Of a DNA stretch of 64,000 nucleotides, positions 1-9,448 are shown in pieces. Under the pieces are notes generated by a model. That model saw only the letters and a list, made by a program, of their open reading frames with translations, was not told the origin of the DNA and searched no databases. Where the stretch lies: positions 184-64,183 of the forward strand of contig CAMBZU010000007.1 of NCBI GenBank assembly GCA_945872355.1, read 5' to 3'. This DNA is from Chitinophaga pinensis (lineage in GTDB: Bacteria > Bacteroidota > Bacteroidia > UBA4408). Positions within the stretch are counted from its first letter, which is position 1. Each line of letters opens with the position of its first letter. The translations under genes and the position numbers were made by a program.

Positions 1-1
1 T

Positions 2-763
2 GCTATTGAAAATCAATTTGCTGGTAGCGATGAACAAAGAAAAAATGATTTACAAAGCCTAATTGATGATAAAAATGTGAAAGCCATTTTAATAGCACGT
101 GGCGGCTATGGCACCATGCGCATTATTGATGAAATTAATTTTAACGCTTTGCGCGAAAATCCAAAATGGATTATCGGGTATAGCGATGTTACTGTGTTAC
201 ATAGCGCATTAAACATACAAAATATAGCAAGCTTACACGCAACAATGCCTATCAACTTTTCAAAAAATGAAGAAGCAACAAATTCATTATTTAAGGTGAT
301 TGCTGGAGAAAAAACTAATTACCTATATAATTACGATACATCTGAAAATAAAAATTTGTTCAAACAAGGAAATGTAAAAGCACCCATTGTTGGTGGCAAT
401 TTATCCTTATTGTTTGCTATGCAAGGCAGCAAAACAGATATCGACACTAAAGGAAAAATATTATTTCTAGAAGATTTGGATGAATATCTTTACCATATCG
501 ACAGAATGGTTTTGAGTTTAAAACGTGCAGGTAAATTTGATAATTTAGCGGGTTTAATTATTGGTGGAATGAGCGATATGAAGGATAATTTAGTTCCTTT
601 TGGGCATCGTGCAGAAGAAATAATATCATTTCATTTAAAAGATAAAAACTACCCCATTTGTTTCGATTTTCCTTGTGGACATATAGATAGAAACCTGGCC
701 TTGCCCTTTGGATTAACAGCCAATTTAAACATTACAGAACAACAGGTTTTATTATCGTATTAA
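2..763 (+). CDS. LD-carboxypeptidase (peptidase S66 family), 5' partial
   Basis: The frame is open from the window edge (AIENQFAGSDEQRKNDLQSLIDD...). It has a GYSDVT nucleophile motif and a C-terminal CGHIDRN His motif typical of LdcA/MccF-like enzymes. Confidence 0.8.
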   Translation, partial: AIENQFAGSDEQRKNDLQSLIDDKNVKAILIARGGYGTMRIIDEINFNALRENPKWIIGYSDVTVLHSALNIQNIASLHATMPINFSKNEEATNSLFKVIAGEKTNYLYNYDTSENKNLFKQGNVKAPIVGGNLSLLFAMQGSKTDIDTKGKILFLEDLDEYLYHIDRMVLSLKRAGKFDNLAGLIIGGMSDMKDNLVPFGHRAEEIISFHLKDKNYPICFDFPCGHIDRNLALPFGLTANLNITEQQVLLSY

Positions 764-765
764 AG

Positions 766-1116
766 ATGGCAACACATAACGAGCTTGGTGCCCAAGGCGA
801 AACAATGGCCGTTCAATTTTTAATGGCAAAAAACTATCAAATTGTTGCAATTAATTGGCGCTGGCAAAAAGCCGAAGTAGATATTATTGCACAAATAAAT
901 AATACACTTGTTTTTGTAGAAGTAAAAACAAGAAGTTCAGATACTTTTGTTAAACCAGAGGAAGCAGTGCACGAAAAAAAACAATCACTTTTAATAGAGG
1001 CGGCAGAAGCTTATTGCGAAACAAATAATAATGAAATGGAATTACGTTTCGATATAATTACCATTATTCATCATGGCAATAAAACAATTACAAAACATAT
1101 TGAAGGCGCCTTTTAA
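766..1116 (+). CDS. YraN-family (UPF0102) endonuclease-like protein
   Basis: 116 aa. GE..A..FL...Y.I...NWR....EVDIIA and VFVEVKTR motifs are typical of YraN. It starts 3 nt after the upstream gene. Confidence 0.8.
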   Translation: MATHNELGAQGETMAVQFLMAKNYQIVAINWRWQKAEVDIIAQINNTLVFVEVKTRSSDTFVKPEEAVHEKKQSLLIEAAEAYCETNNNEMELRFDIITIIHHGNKTITKHIEGAF

Positions 1117-1119
1117 AAA

Positions 1120-2994
1120 TTACTTTGCCGTCATTTTATTATCAATTAAAGTGTGATTATAAGTTTGAATAATCGCTTTTAAAAGTTTTTCTTCGGCCTT
1201 GTAGTTTATTGAAATATTATTTACCAAATTATTATTAAACTCTTCATTAACCATATCAAAAACAGCAATGGTTTTTTCTCCATCAAATTGCAAACAAAAT
1301 TTATCGGTAATTAGCTGATAATACTGACCATTAAAAGAAATTGAGTAGCCTAAATTATTATCATTAATTGCATTTCCAAAAGCAAAATAAGGTAAATCGT
1401 AATGCAAATTTTCGAGTATTGATGGCACAATATCAATTTGCTGAACCGTTTTTTCTATAATTTTTCCTTTTAATTGCGTTGGGTTATAAATTAATAATGG
1501 AATACTGTAGATGCCTGCATCTGTTTGATACCGTTCATTTTTTGATATTGAAGTATGATCTGCAGTAATCACAAAAATGGTGTTGTTAAACCAATTTGCT
1601 TTTTTAGCCGATTCAAAAAATTTAGCTAAGGCATAATCAGCGTATTGAATGCTTGCCCCTATTGCTAAAGAATTACCTATAAATTTTCCTTTATATTGCT
1701 TGGGCAAAGTATAAGGATGGTGCGAGGAAAGCGAAAAGAAACAAGTGGCAAATGGCTTTTTTTCTTTATCCAGTTGTGTTTTAAAAAACTGAAAAAACGG
1801 TTCATCAAAAATACCCCAATGACCATCATAATCCTCACTATTTGGATGTTCATTTCTGCCAAAATAATTATCGAAACCAGCAGCTTTAGAAAAAATATCA
1901 AAACCCATAGTACCATTATTTCCACCATGGTAAAAGGAGGTACTATAGCCTTTCTTTTTAAGCAAGGAGCCTATGCTTTCAAAACTATTGGCATTGTATG
2001 CCGAATAAGTGAAAGAGCCATCAAACAGGGTTGGAATGCCAGCCACAATAGCAGGAATACCTTTAATAGAAGTTTTGCCATTGGCATATGCATGGGTAAA
2101 CAGTGTGCTTTTTTTTGACAAACTATCTAAAAAAGGTGTTAGTGATTCATTGTCATTAGCCAGTGAAGTATATTCACTACCAAAGCTTTCCATAATGATA
2201 AACACCACATTTTTCTGCTGAAAAGCAACTGAATCACGATTAAAATGAAATGTAGTATACAACTTAGTTAATTCCGCAGGTGAAAAATACATTACAGGTT
2301 GCAATAATGATCTATTGGCAGATTTCATAATACAAAATGGTGAATTAAGTACTAAAGAAACATTTTTACCTTCAGCATAATTGGTTGCTGTAATCATATC
2401 AATTGGTCTATACTGCCAGCCTCCTCTTGCACCTAATCCCATCAATGGCAGGAAACCAAAAAATACACTTATCAATTGAATTATTTTAGAATTAGTTGTT
2501 AAGCTAAATGACTCAGTTTTTTTGTAAAAATTGAAATAAATAAGGCTTAAAATAACAGCTAACCAAATAAGCAAAGCATACCAGTAATCGGCAATATATT
2601 GAGGTAGCAATTGCATGCCATCATTTTCGCCTCCTAATGTTTGAAACAAATCGTAAGTAGATCTTTTTTGAATAAACTCAAAATAACCAATATCAATACA
2701 GTTAAATAATAATGCAAATGCATTAATACTTATAAAAAGAAATTGATAGATTCTTGTAAAAATTTTATGTTCGGTGAACTTAAAAGGAAGTAATGCGGTA
2801 ATAAACAACAATCCGTTTAACCAACAAATTACTACTAAATCGAATCGAATACCGTATAAGAAGGAGCTAATTAAAGTTTTAGAATTTTCGAAATAGCTAT
2901 AATTAAAAAGCAAAAAAAGCAAACGCGTTGCGGTATAGAATACTATAAGCAAGGCCAATTGTTTTAAAACAAACTTATACTTTTTAAATATCAT
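1120..2994 (-). CDS. LTA synthase family / membrane-anchored sulfatase (alkaline phosphatase superfamily)
   Basis: Multi-TM N-terminus followed by a sulfatase domain (VVFIIMESFGSEY, SSHHPY, ITADH). Confidence 0.75.
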   Translation of the reverse strand: MIFKKYKFVLKQLALLIVFYTATRLLFLLFNYSYFENSKTLISSFLYGIRFDLVVICWLNGLLFITALLPFKFTEHKIFTRIYQFLFISINAFALLFNCIDIGYFEFIQKRSTYDLFQTLGGENDGMQLLPQYIADYWYALLIWLAVILSLIYFNFYKKTESFSLTTNSKIIQLISVFFGFLPLMGLGARGGWQYRPIDMITATNYAEGKNVSLVLNSPFCIMKSANRSLLQPVMYFSPAELTKLYTTFHFNRDSVAFQQKNVVFIIMESFGSEYTSLANDNESLTPFLDSLSKKSTLFTHAYANGKTSIKGIPAIVAGIPTLFDGSFTYSAYNANSFESIGSLLKKKGYSTSFYHGGNNGTMGFDIFSKAAGFDNYFGRNEHPNSEDYDGHWGIFDEPFFQFFKTQLDKEKKPFATCFFSLSSHHPYTLPKQYKGKFIGNSLAIGASIQYADYALAKFFESAKKANWFNNTIFVITADHTSISKNERYQTDAGIYSIPLLIYNPTQLKGKIIEKTVQQIDIVPSILENLHYDLPYFAFGNAINDNNLGYSISFNGQYYQLITDKFCLQFDGEKTIAVFDMVNEEFNNNLVNNISINYKAEEKLLKAIIQTYNHTLIDNKMTAK

Positions 2995-3020
2995 GGCTCA
3001 AATAACCGCAAAAAAAAGGC

Positions 3021-3048
3021 AAAAAAAAAGCCACTCGTAAAGAGTGGC
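3021..3048 (-). terminator. Rho-independent terminator of the 3071..3724 gene
   Basis: GCCACTC-gtaaa-GAGTGGC hairpin. On the minus strand it is followed by a T-run. Confidence 0.6.
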
Positions 3049-3070
3049 CTTTTCTAAATATTTCAATGAA

Positions 3071-3724
3071 TTATCTTGTCATTGTTTGTGTACAGTTAAC
3101 TGTATTTACACCATCATTAGCTGAATATGATATTGTAAGTTTTTTTCCATCTGGATCAATAGTACCAGAGCCAGAAAAGGTAGCACCTCCAATAACTTGT
3201 GAAGCAATGGTAATTGTGTTATTGTTTGCACCACCAATTGAACCTTGCACTACTACACTATAGTCACCAAAATTACTGATGTTGATTGTGGTTGTAGTTG
3301 CAGCTTGAGTAATGTTAGAATTGAAAGGAGAAGATGGTACACCAGTACATGATTCAGTAACACTGTATAAGCCTGCAATTGAAGCAGCATTATGCTTTAC
3401 AGATACAGTACGTTTTACATCAGTTGATTTGTTGCCAGCCTCATCAGTAGCAGAATAAGTAATTACATAGTCACCAGACTTAGTATTGTCAACTGTTCCA
3501 GTTTTAACAACCATTGAAGTTGCATCAGATTCGTTGTCCTTACCATCTAAATCAGTAGCCTTAAATCCTGGATCTGTGAAAGTCTCACCAATGTAAATTG
3601 TCATAGTAGCATCACCTAATAAGGTAACTGTTGGCGCTGTAACATCTTCTTTATTGCAACTAGTAAAAATCATTGCACTAGTTAAAAGTAAAACTGCTGA
3701 AATTGATAAAATTTGTTTTTTCAT
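3071..3724 (-). CDS. Lipoprotein with Ig-like (DUF5011-type) domain
   Basis: Signal peptide with lipobox (MIFTSC). TVTLLGDATMTIYIGETFTDPGFKATD resembles Ig-like DUF5011 domains. Confidence 0.55.
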   Translation of the reverse strand: MKKQILSISAVLLLTSAMIFTSCNKEDVTAPTVTLLGDATMTIYIGETFTDPGFKATDLDGKDNESDATSMVVKTGTVDNTKSGDYVITYSATDEAGNKSTDVKRTVSVKHNAASIAGLYSVTESCTGVPSSPFNSNITQAATTTTINISNFGDYSVVVQGSIGGANNNTITIASQVIGGATFSGSGTIDPDGKKLTISYSANDGVNTVNCTQTMTR

Positions 3725-3759
3725 TTTTTTTTATTTTGTGTGATTATTGTTAATTGCGG

Positions 3760-3767
3760 CAAATATA
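3760..3767 (-). promoter_or_regulatory. Bacteroidota -7 box (TATATTTG on minus strand)
   Basis: Matches the TAnnTTTG consensus. It lies about 36 nt upstream of the ATG at 3724. Confidence 0.4.
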
Positions 3768-3816
3768 AGCTTATAACTTTAAATTCAAAAAAGTTTTAAC
3801 CTTATTAGTTTTTTTA

Positions 3817-3824
3817 TACTTTTG
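3817..3824 (+). promoter_or_regulatory. Bacteroidota -7 box (TACTTTTG)
   Basis: TAnnTTTG match 32 nt upstream of the ATG at 3856. Confidence 0.4.
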
Positions 3825-3855
3825 CGACAAAATCTAACCAAAAATAAAACCTAAA

Positions 3856-4230
3856 ATGAAAAAAGTAATCTATTCTGTTGCAATAGCTGCAACATTTTTA
3901 ATTGTGGCTTGTGGGCCAAGCGCTGAAGAAATTGCAAAAAAAGAAGCTCTCCGTAATGATTCTATCGCTAAAGTAACTTCAGACTCTTTAGCATTAATTG
4001 AAGCTCAAAAGCAACAAATGATGCAAGATTCGATTAATGCAGCCATGGAAAAAATGAAGCAAGATTCTATTTTAGCTGCTGAAGAAGCTGCAGCTAAGAA
4101 AAAAGGTAGTGCTAAACCTAAGACTAAGCCAGCAGCGCCTAAAGTAGATCCTAGTAAAGTTGGGGATTTAACAAAAGGTGGAGGAACACCTACCAAAGTA
4201 AATGTGCTAAAAAAAGGTGGAGCTAAATAA
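3856..4230 (+). CDS. Small lipoprotein, low-complexity, function unknown
   Basis: Lipobox LIVACGPSAEE. It is a paralog of the next gene (shared CGPSAE..AK...DSIA..EAQK..QDS..EKMK.DSI). Confidence 0.6.
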   Translation: MKKVIYSVAIAATFLIVACGPSAEEIAKKEALRNDSIAKVTSDSLALIEAQKQQMMQDSINAAMEKMKQDSILAAEEAAAKKKGSAKPKTKPAAPKVDPSKVGDLTKGGGTPTKVNVLKKGGAK

Positions 4231-4257
4231 TAAACAATTATAATTATAACTATATAT

Positions 4258-4509
4258 ATGAAAAAATCACTCTCAATTCTTGCACTTTCAATTGCAATGT
4301 TTACAATTTCTTGTGGTCCTAGTGCCGAAGATAAAGCTAAAAGAGATAAAGAAGTTGCAGATTCTATTGCTAACGAAGAAGCAATGATGATGGAACTTGA
4401 AGCTCAAAAAGCACAAGCAATTCAAGATTCATTAGCAACTATCGAAAAAATGAAAACAGATTCAATTGCTGCTGATTCAGTTGCTAAAGCTGGAACTAAA
4501 AAGAAGTAA
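4258..4509 (+). CDS. Small lipoprotein, tandem paralog of 3856..4230
   Basis: Lipobox FTISCGPSAED, with the same motif order as the upstream gene. Confidence 0.6.
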   Translation: MKKSLSILALSIAMFTISCGPSAEDKAKRDKEVADSIANEEAMMMELEAQKAQAIQDSLATIEKMKTDSIAADSVAKAGTKKK

Positions 4510-4530
4510 TTATTTCTTTTGAAATTATAA

Positions 4531-4566
4531 AAAAAGCGCTTCTCATAATGAGAAGCGCTTTTTTTA
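4531..4566 (+). terminator. Rho-independent terminator
   Basis: AAGCGCTTCTCAT / ATGAGAAGCGCTT perfect stem followed by a T-run. Confidence 0.7.
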
Positions 4567-4640
4567 TGCTTCAATTTTTACAACTACACTACATTGCAAA
4601 TTTGCTATGAAAGGCAAATCAATGTTTTTAGGATTACTAA

Positions 4641-4764
4641 TACCGATATGAAATAAATAATGGCCCAAATTTGTTTCACGGCATTTGTCCCAAACTTTTT
4701 TCAACCCGTGTTTACTAATGTAAGATTTTAAATTATTAGCATAATTTATAAATCACATTGGTAT
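4641..4764 (-). repeat. MITE/REP-like intergenic element, copy A (long form)
   Basis: The reverse complement aligns end to end with 17998..18121 (about 85% by manual alignment). Termini are TACCAATGTGA ... TCATATCGGTA. Confidence 0.8.
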
Positions 4765-4771
4765 AAAATAA

Positions 4772-6859
4772 TTAATAACCGCCAAATCGTTTGCGTAAAA
4801 ACCACTCCATGGTGAGTAAGGCTGCTAATAAGTAAAAGAGCCATTTTAAATTTACCAAATCTTGAAGTTTCTCTTCCGAATATGAAATAGGCACAATCTC
4901 TTCTTTGCTTTTCAATAGCTTTTCAAGTGCTTCAATTTGTGCAGGATAAACCATTTGCGCACCCGTTTTTTTAGCTATGGTGTTAAGTAATTGATGATCG
5001 GCGGTGGTATTTAATGCTTCAATATTTACTTGCTTCACCACAAAAGAGCCATATTCTTTCAATTGTTTATCACCTAGTTTTGTAAAAGCTTCAAATCTAT
5101 AATTCCCAACAGGTAGGCTTGGAACATTTAAAAAATAAGCGTTTTCATTTTTAGAGCATTGGTAAGTAAAAGACTTATCCGCTTCATTATAAAAATTAAT
5201 TTTAATATCAGGTTCATTGAAAGGTTCATAACTCTCGTTAAACAATAGGGCATCTAACACAATATTTTCGCCCTCTTTGTATGTATTTTGATGATTTACT
5301 TTAAAGAAACGCTTATCTGTTTTCACGCTTAGGTATTGTACTATTTTTCCTATAATTTCCTCAAAAGCATCATGATTTTGAGCTTGTTGAAAATTGCTCA
5401 TTCGCCATCTCCAGAGACCTTCTCCCAAAATTACGCCTTCCTTCACGTTGTTCGCTTCATTGAAAAAAATCAGCGGATCATTGGTTGTTACATTCCCAAT
5501 TTTTTGGTGATACAATACAGCTGCTCCAGCGCTTAATTTTATATTGCCAAAAGGCACCTGCAAAGGCGCAAATATAGAAGTCGTTTTTTTAGCTTCTTCG
5601 CTCAAATTAAAAAGTACAAAATCTTTATTGAGTGCAGGCAAAACCTCATTAAACTTAGGTCTAACGCCCGTAATATTTACAGCCTTCTGCAAGTTATTTA
5701 AAACATTAAAATTGCTATTACTACTAATAATAAACAAACGCGAAACACTGCTATTTTGAAGTTCTGAAAACACTTTATGATTAGCTTGACTTGCAGATGG
5801 CAGCTGATGTAAAATAACTAAATTATAAGGCTCAATTGATTTATTGAAATCGCTTAAAATACCGAACTCTGCTTCATAGTTTTCATTTTTCTCAATAGTT
5901 TGGCGAATGGCAGTAATATCAGGATGCGGGGCATCGGCAAGAATTAATACCTTTTGCCTATTTGTAATAATATCTATAAAAACATGTTGTAAGTTGTTGA
6001 TGCTTGTAATTTCTTCATTTAAAGGAATTAATTTAACCACATAATGCAAAGTGCCTGTTCCTTCTGCCTTTAATTGTAATGGAATGCTTTTACTAAAACT
6101 TTCTGAAACAATATTTATTGCTTGTTCAAATATAACTTTTTGCTCTTTTTCAACTACTAATTTAGCTGTTTTACCTCGCAACATTTTAGCCTGCATTATT
6201 ATTTCCAAAGGAAAAGTATTTCCAGCATAAACGGTTTTATTGTGATTAACCCTTGTCAAAATCAAATCCTTTCTAACAGTTGTGTCACCAAGTGCAATGG
6301 TATAAATTGGACATTTTAAAGCTGCCGTTTGATACAAGGGATTTTCTCCAGCATTATAAAGACCATCAGTTGCAAGTATCACAGCACCTAAATTTCTGTT
6401 TACATAACGATTTTGTAGCTCATCAAACAATTCCTCAATATTTGTTGTTTTATCTTTATAATCTGGTGTTGCAGCTTCGTTTATTTTCTCACCAAAAAGG
6501 TAGTTTTTAACTTCAAACTTGCTGCTTAATTTTTCAGACAAGGCCTTTATTTTACTTTGATATTCATTTTTCAAAAAAGCGGTATCAGCTTGCGATCCAA
6601 TAGAAGCTGAATTATCCTGTGCAATCACAATCACCGGTTTTTCTACCGTTCTAAAAATTGTTTTAATTAATGGAGATAGCAATAAAAAACTAAGTAGTGA
6701 AACTACTACAAATCTTCCTGCAGTCATGCTGTATTTAATCCACGTTGGCAATCCTTCGTACTTCACATTTTTTCCATAAAGCACATAGGCATACAAAGCT
6801 CCTAGTGCTATGCACAGTAAACTTAACCAAAGAGGATATTCTGTAACTAATGATATCAA
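4772..6859 (-). CDS. Membrane protein with N-terminal double-TM anchor (BatA_N-like) and VWA-like segment, function unknown
   Basis: Two N-terminal TM helices, then VIVIAQDNSASIG (VWA/MIDAS-like), and a C-terminal TM helix. The family assignment is tentative. Confidence 0.55.
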   Translation of the reverse strand: MISLVTEYPLWLSLLCIALGALYAYVLYGKNVKYEGLPTWIKYSMTAGRFVVVSLLSFLLLSPLIKTIFRTVEKPVIVIAQDNSASIGSQADTAFLKNEYQSKIKALSEKLSSKFEVKNYLFGEKINEAATPDYKDKTTNIEELFDELQNRYVNRNLGAVILATDGLYNAGENPLYQTAALKCPIYTIALGDTTVRKDLILTRVNHNKTVYAGNTFPLEIIMQAKMLRGKTAKLVVEKEQKVIFEQAINIVSESFSKSIPLQLKAEGTGTLHYVVKLIPLNEEITSINNLQHVFIDIITNRQKVLILADAPHPDITAIRQTIEKNENYEAEFGILSDFNKSIEPYNLVILHQLPSASQANHKVFSELQNSSVSRLFIISSNSNFNVLNNLQKAVNITGVRPKFNEVLPALNKDFVLFNLSEEAKKTTSIFAPLQVPFGNIKLSAGAAVLYHQKIGNVTTNDPLIFFNEANNVKEGVILGEGLWRWRMSNFQQAQNHDAFEEIIGKIVQYLSVKTDKRFFKVNHQNTYKEGENIVLDALLFNESYEPFNEPDIKINFYNEADKSFTYQCSKNENAYFLNVPSLPVGNYRFEAFTKLGDKQLKEYGSFVVKQVNIEALNTTADHQLLNTIAKKTGAQMVYPAQIEALEKLLKSKEEIVPISYSEEKLQDLVNLKWLFYLLAALLTMEWFLRKRFGGY

Positions 6860-7124
6860 GCCTTAGGATTTAAAATTAAGAAGACAAAAATAGCAATATT
6901 AAACGGTCTATGAATAGTTAAAAATCCCTCAATTAAAAAAAATATAATTTACTAGCGAAATAAATAGCTTGCGCTTAGTACAGACAGATAAAGGTTTTTG
7001 AGGTTTAAAATTGCTTTTAGGTCGAATTTTTCTGCTGCATTAAAGCTATAAAAAAGCTATTTCTGTTAGTCCTATTTTCTTTGATAACCAACAATTGCTG
7101 AGTTCTAATTTGGGTTTAAAAGCA

Positions 7125-8987
7125 CTACTTTTTAAAGCGCTTGGCTAATTCTTCTAATGTAAATGTTATCAAAGTTGGCCTACCACTTGGGCTGTGATAT
7201 GGCAATTCACAAGAAAAAAGTTGATCAATAATATGTTGCATTTCTTCTTCGCCTAACTTTTCGCCGGCTTTTACCGCCATATTTTTGGCAAGCACCTTGG
7301 CTAAAAACTCCTTTTTCCCTGTTCTTATTTCCCCTTGTTGCTTAATTTCTTCCAATATTTTTTCGATACTTTGTTGCAATTCATTTTCTTTTAACTCAGG
7401 AGGAATACCGTTTACACCAAAATCATTTTTGCCCATCGAGGAGATTTCAAATCCTAATAAATGCAGGTCGTTTAAAATACCAATTAAGAGTTCAGCTTCT
7501 GATGTTGAAAAATTTAGCACCGCAGGAAAGAGCAACTGTTGCGAATAGCTTTGATGATGGGCCATTTGACGAATATATTTTTCATATAAAATACGTTCAT
7601 GTGCACTATGTTGGTCGATAATTAAAAATCCTGTTTTAATATGACTTAAGATATACGTTTTATGTAATTGGTAAGAAGTCTTTTTTAAGGGTTCGCCTAA
7701 GTTATCATCAAAATTACTCAACATGCTTTCTTGCGGTTCGTCGGGCAATACAAACGCCGTTTGATTTAAAGAAGTATGTATATTTTTTTCTGTACTTGAA
7801 GTTCTAAAACTATCGGCATCTGGAATTTGCCAGTCATCAATGGTATTATATTTTCGTAAATCAGCATTTGCAACTTGTCCAGCAAAAGGATTATAGCCAT
7901 CCTTTAATCTAATTGTTGGCTGCTTAACAGTTTCACCAGGTTTCAGTGGCATAATATCAACCGTTGCTTCAGTTTCAAAATCTATGGTTGGTGTAATATT
8001 ATATATCCCTAATGAACGTTTTATGGTTGATCTTAAAATGGCGTATATTGTTTTTTCATCCTCAAACTTCACTTCTGTTTTGGTTGGATGAATATTGATA
8101 TCAATTACATTGGGCGGTAGATCGAAGTAAATAAAATAAGAAGGATGCGTATTGGGTGGCAACATTTGCTCATATGCCTTTACCAAGGCGTGATTCAAAT
8201 AGGCATTTTTAATAAATCTGTTATTGATAAAAAAGTATTGCTCACCTCTTGTTTTGCGCGCAAATTCGGGCTTACTTACAAATCCTTTTATTTTTACGTA
8301 ATCTGTTGCTTCCTCAACTGGCACCAATTTTTCGTTATAGCTTTTCCCAAAAATACCTACTATACGCTGTCTTAAGCCAGACTTTTCAAGTTTAAAAACT
8401 TCATTATTATTGTTGATTAATGTAAAACTTACTTCAGGATGAGTAAGCGCAACACGCTGAAATTCATCAACAATATGAGAGGTTTCAACCGAATCTGACT
8501 TTAAAAAATTTCTGCGTGCAGGAACATTATAAAATAAATTCTTCACAAAAAAGCTTGTTCCCTTTGCACAGGCTACAGCCTCTTGTTTCTTTACTTCACT
8601 TCCTTCAATAATGATAAGAGTTCCAACAGTGTCATCTTCTTGGCGGGTTTTTAATTCAACATGAGCAATGGCCGCAATTGATGCTAATGCTTCGCCTCTA
8701 AAACCCTTGGTTCTTATGGCAAATAAATCTTGTGCATTTGTTATTTTTGAAGTTGCGTGTCGCTCAAAACTCATTCTGGCATCGGTAGGGCTCATGCCTT
8801 TTCCATTATCAGTGATTTGAATTAAAGTTTTTCCAGCATCTTTTATAATTACCAAAATATCATCGGCACCCGCATCTACAGCATTTTCAACAAGTTCTTT
8901 AATTACCGAGGCTGGGCGCTGAATAACTTCACCTGCAGCAATTTGATTAGCAACAGCATCGGGCAATAAGTGAATAATATCAGACAT
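7125..8987 (-). CDS. mutL: DNA mismatch repair protein MutL
   Basis: N-terminus LPDAVANQIAAGEVIQRPASVIKELVENAVDAG (GHKL ATPase); 620 aa; MutL C-terminal dimerisation region. Confidence 0.95.
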   Translation of the reverse strand: MSDIIHLLPDAVANQIAAGEVIQRPASVIKELVENAVDAGADDILVIIKDAGKTLIQITDNGKGMSPTDARMSFERHATSKITNAQDLFAIRTKGFRGEALASIAAIAHVELKTRQEDDTVGTLIIIEGSEVKKQEAVACAKGTSFFVKNLFYNVPARRNFLKSDSVETSHIVDEFQRVALTHPEVSFTLINNNNEVFKLEKSGLRQRIVGIFGKSYNEKLVPVEEATDYVKIKGFVSKPEFARKTRGEQYFFINNRFIKNAYLNHALVKAYEQMLPPNTHPSYFIYFDLPPNVIDINIHPTKTEVKFEDEKTIYAILRSTIKRSLGIYNITPTIDFETEATVDIMPLKPGETVKQPTIRLKDGYNPFAGQVANADLRKYNTIDDWQIPDADSFRTSSTEKNIHTSLNQTAFVLPDEPQESMLSNFDDNLGEPLKKTSYQLHKTYILSHIKTGFLIIDQHSAHERILYEKYIRQMAHHQSYSQQLLFPAVLNFSTSEAELLIGILNDLHLLGFEISSMGKNDFGVNGIPPELKENELQQSIEKILEEIKQQGEIRTGKKEFLAKVLAKNMAVKAGEKLGEEEMQHIIDQLFSCELPYHSPSGRPTLITFTLEELAKRFKK

Positions 8988-9000
8988 CTAACTTATAATT

Positions 9001-9049
9001 GTGAATTTTGAATGGTGAATTTTGAATTGTAAATGGTGAATTGTGAATG
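9001..9049. repeat. Heptamer tandem array (KTGAATK)x7
   Basis: gtgaatt ttgaatg gtgaatt ttgaatt gtaaatg gtgaatt gtgaatg. It begins 14 nt upstream of the mutL ATG. Confidence 0.85.
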
Positions 9050-9053
9050 GTTA

Positions 9054-9313
9054 GGTTGAAAAGTTTGAAAGTTGAAAGTTTGAAAGTTTGAAAGTTTGAA
9101 AGTTGAAAGTTTGAAAGTTTGAAAGTTGAAAGTTTGAAAGTTGAAAGTTGAAAGTTGAGTAGTTTGAAAGTTGAAAGTTTGAAAGTTGAAAGTTGAAAGT
9201 TTGAAAGTTTGAGAGTTGAAAGTTGAAAGTTGAGTAGTTTGAAAGTTGAAAGTTTGAAAGTTGAAAGTTTGAAAGTTGAAAGTTGAAAGTTGAAAGTTGA
9301 AAGTTGAAAGTTT
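9054..9313. repeat. Mixed 7/8-bp tandem array, GAAAGTT / GAAAGTTT, about 34 units
   Basis: Direct reading of the sequence. Two variant GAGTAGTTT units at 9157-9165 and 9232-9240 are 75 bp apart. Confidence 0.95.
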
Positions 9314-9408
9314 TTAGTTGATAAGTTTATCCGATAATGAAAACATAAATAGGTTAATTGCTTGGCAAATAAATTTACTTTAATCCCAAAATTTCTTTTC
9401 ATTTTTAA

Positions 9409-9448
9409 TCAGCTAATTCGCTCATCAGCTAATTAGCTCATCAGCTAG
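9409..9448. repeat. Short TCATCAGCTAATTNGC repeats containing the 12-bp palindrome AGCTAATTAGCT
   Basis: The palindrome is at 9427-9438. The repeats abut the secA stop codon (9449-9451). The same palindrome occurs at 27779-27790. Confidence 0.8.

Noticed and set aside
9054-9313. Possible CRISPR array.
   Set aside because: The units are 7-8 bp and contiguous with no spacers. CRISPR repeats are about 24-48 bp and separated by unique spacers. No cas genes are in the window.
8980-9402. A 140-aa ORF (…FKLSTFKLSTFQLSN…IHNSPFTIQNSPFKIHN…) spans the tandem repeats and overlaps the mutL start.
   Set aside because: The repeat units AACTTTC/AAACTTTC contain no stop codon in any frame, so any frame stays open by construction. 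The 'protein' is just translated repeat DNA with no signal peptide or domain, and unit-number slippage would constantly change its frame.
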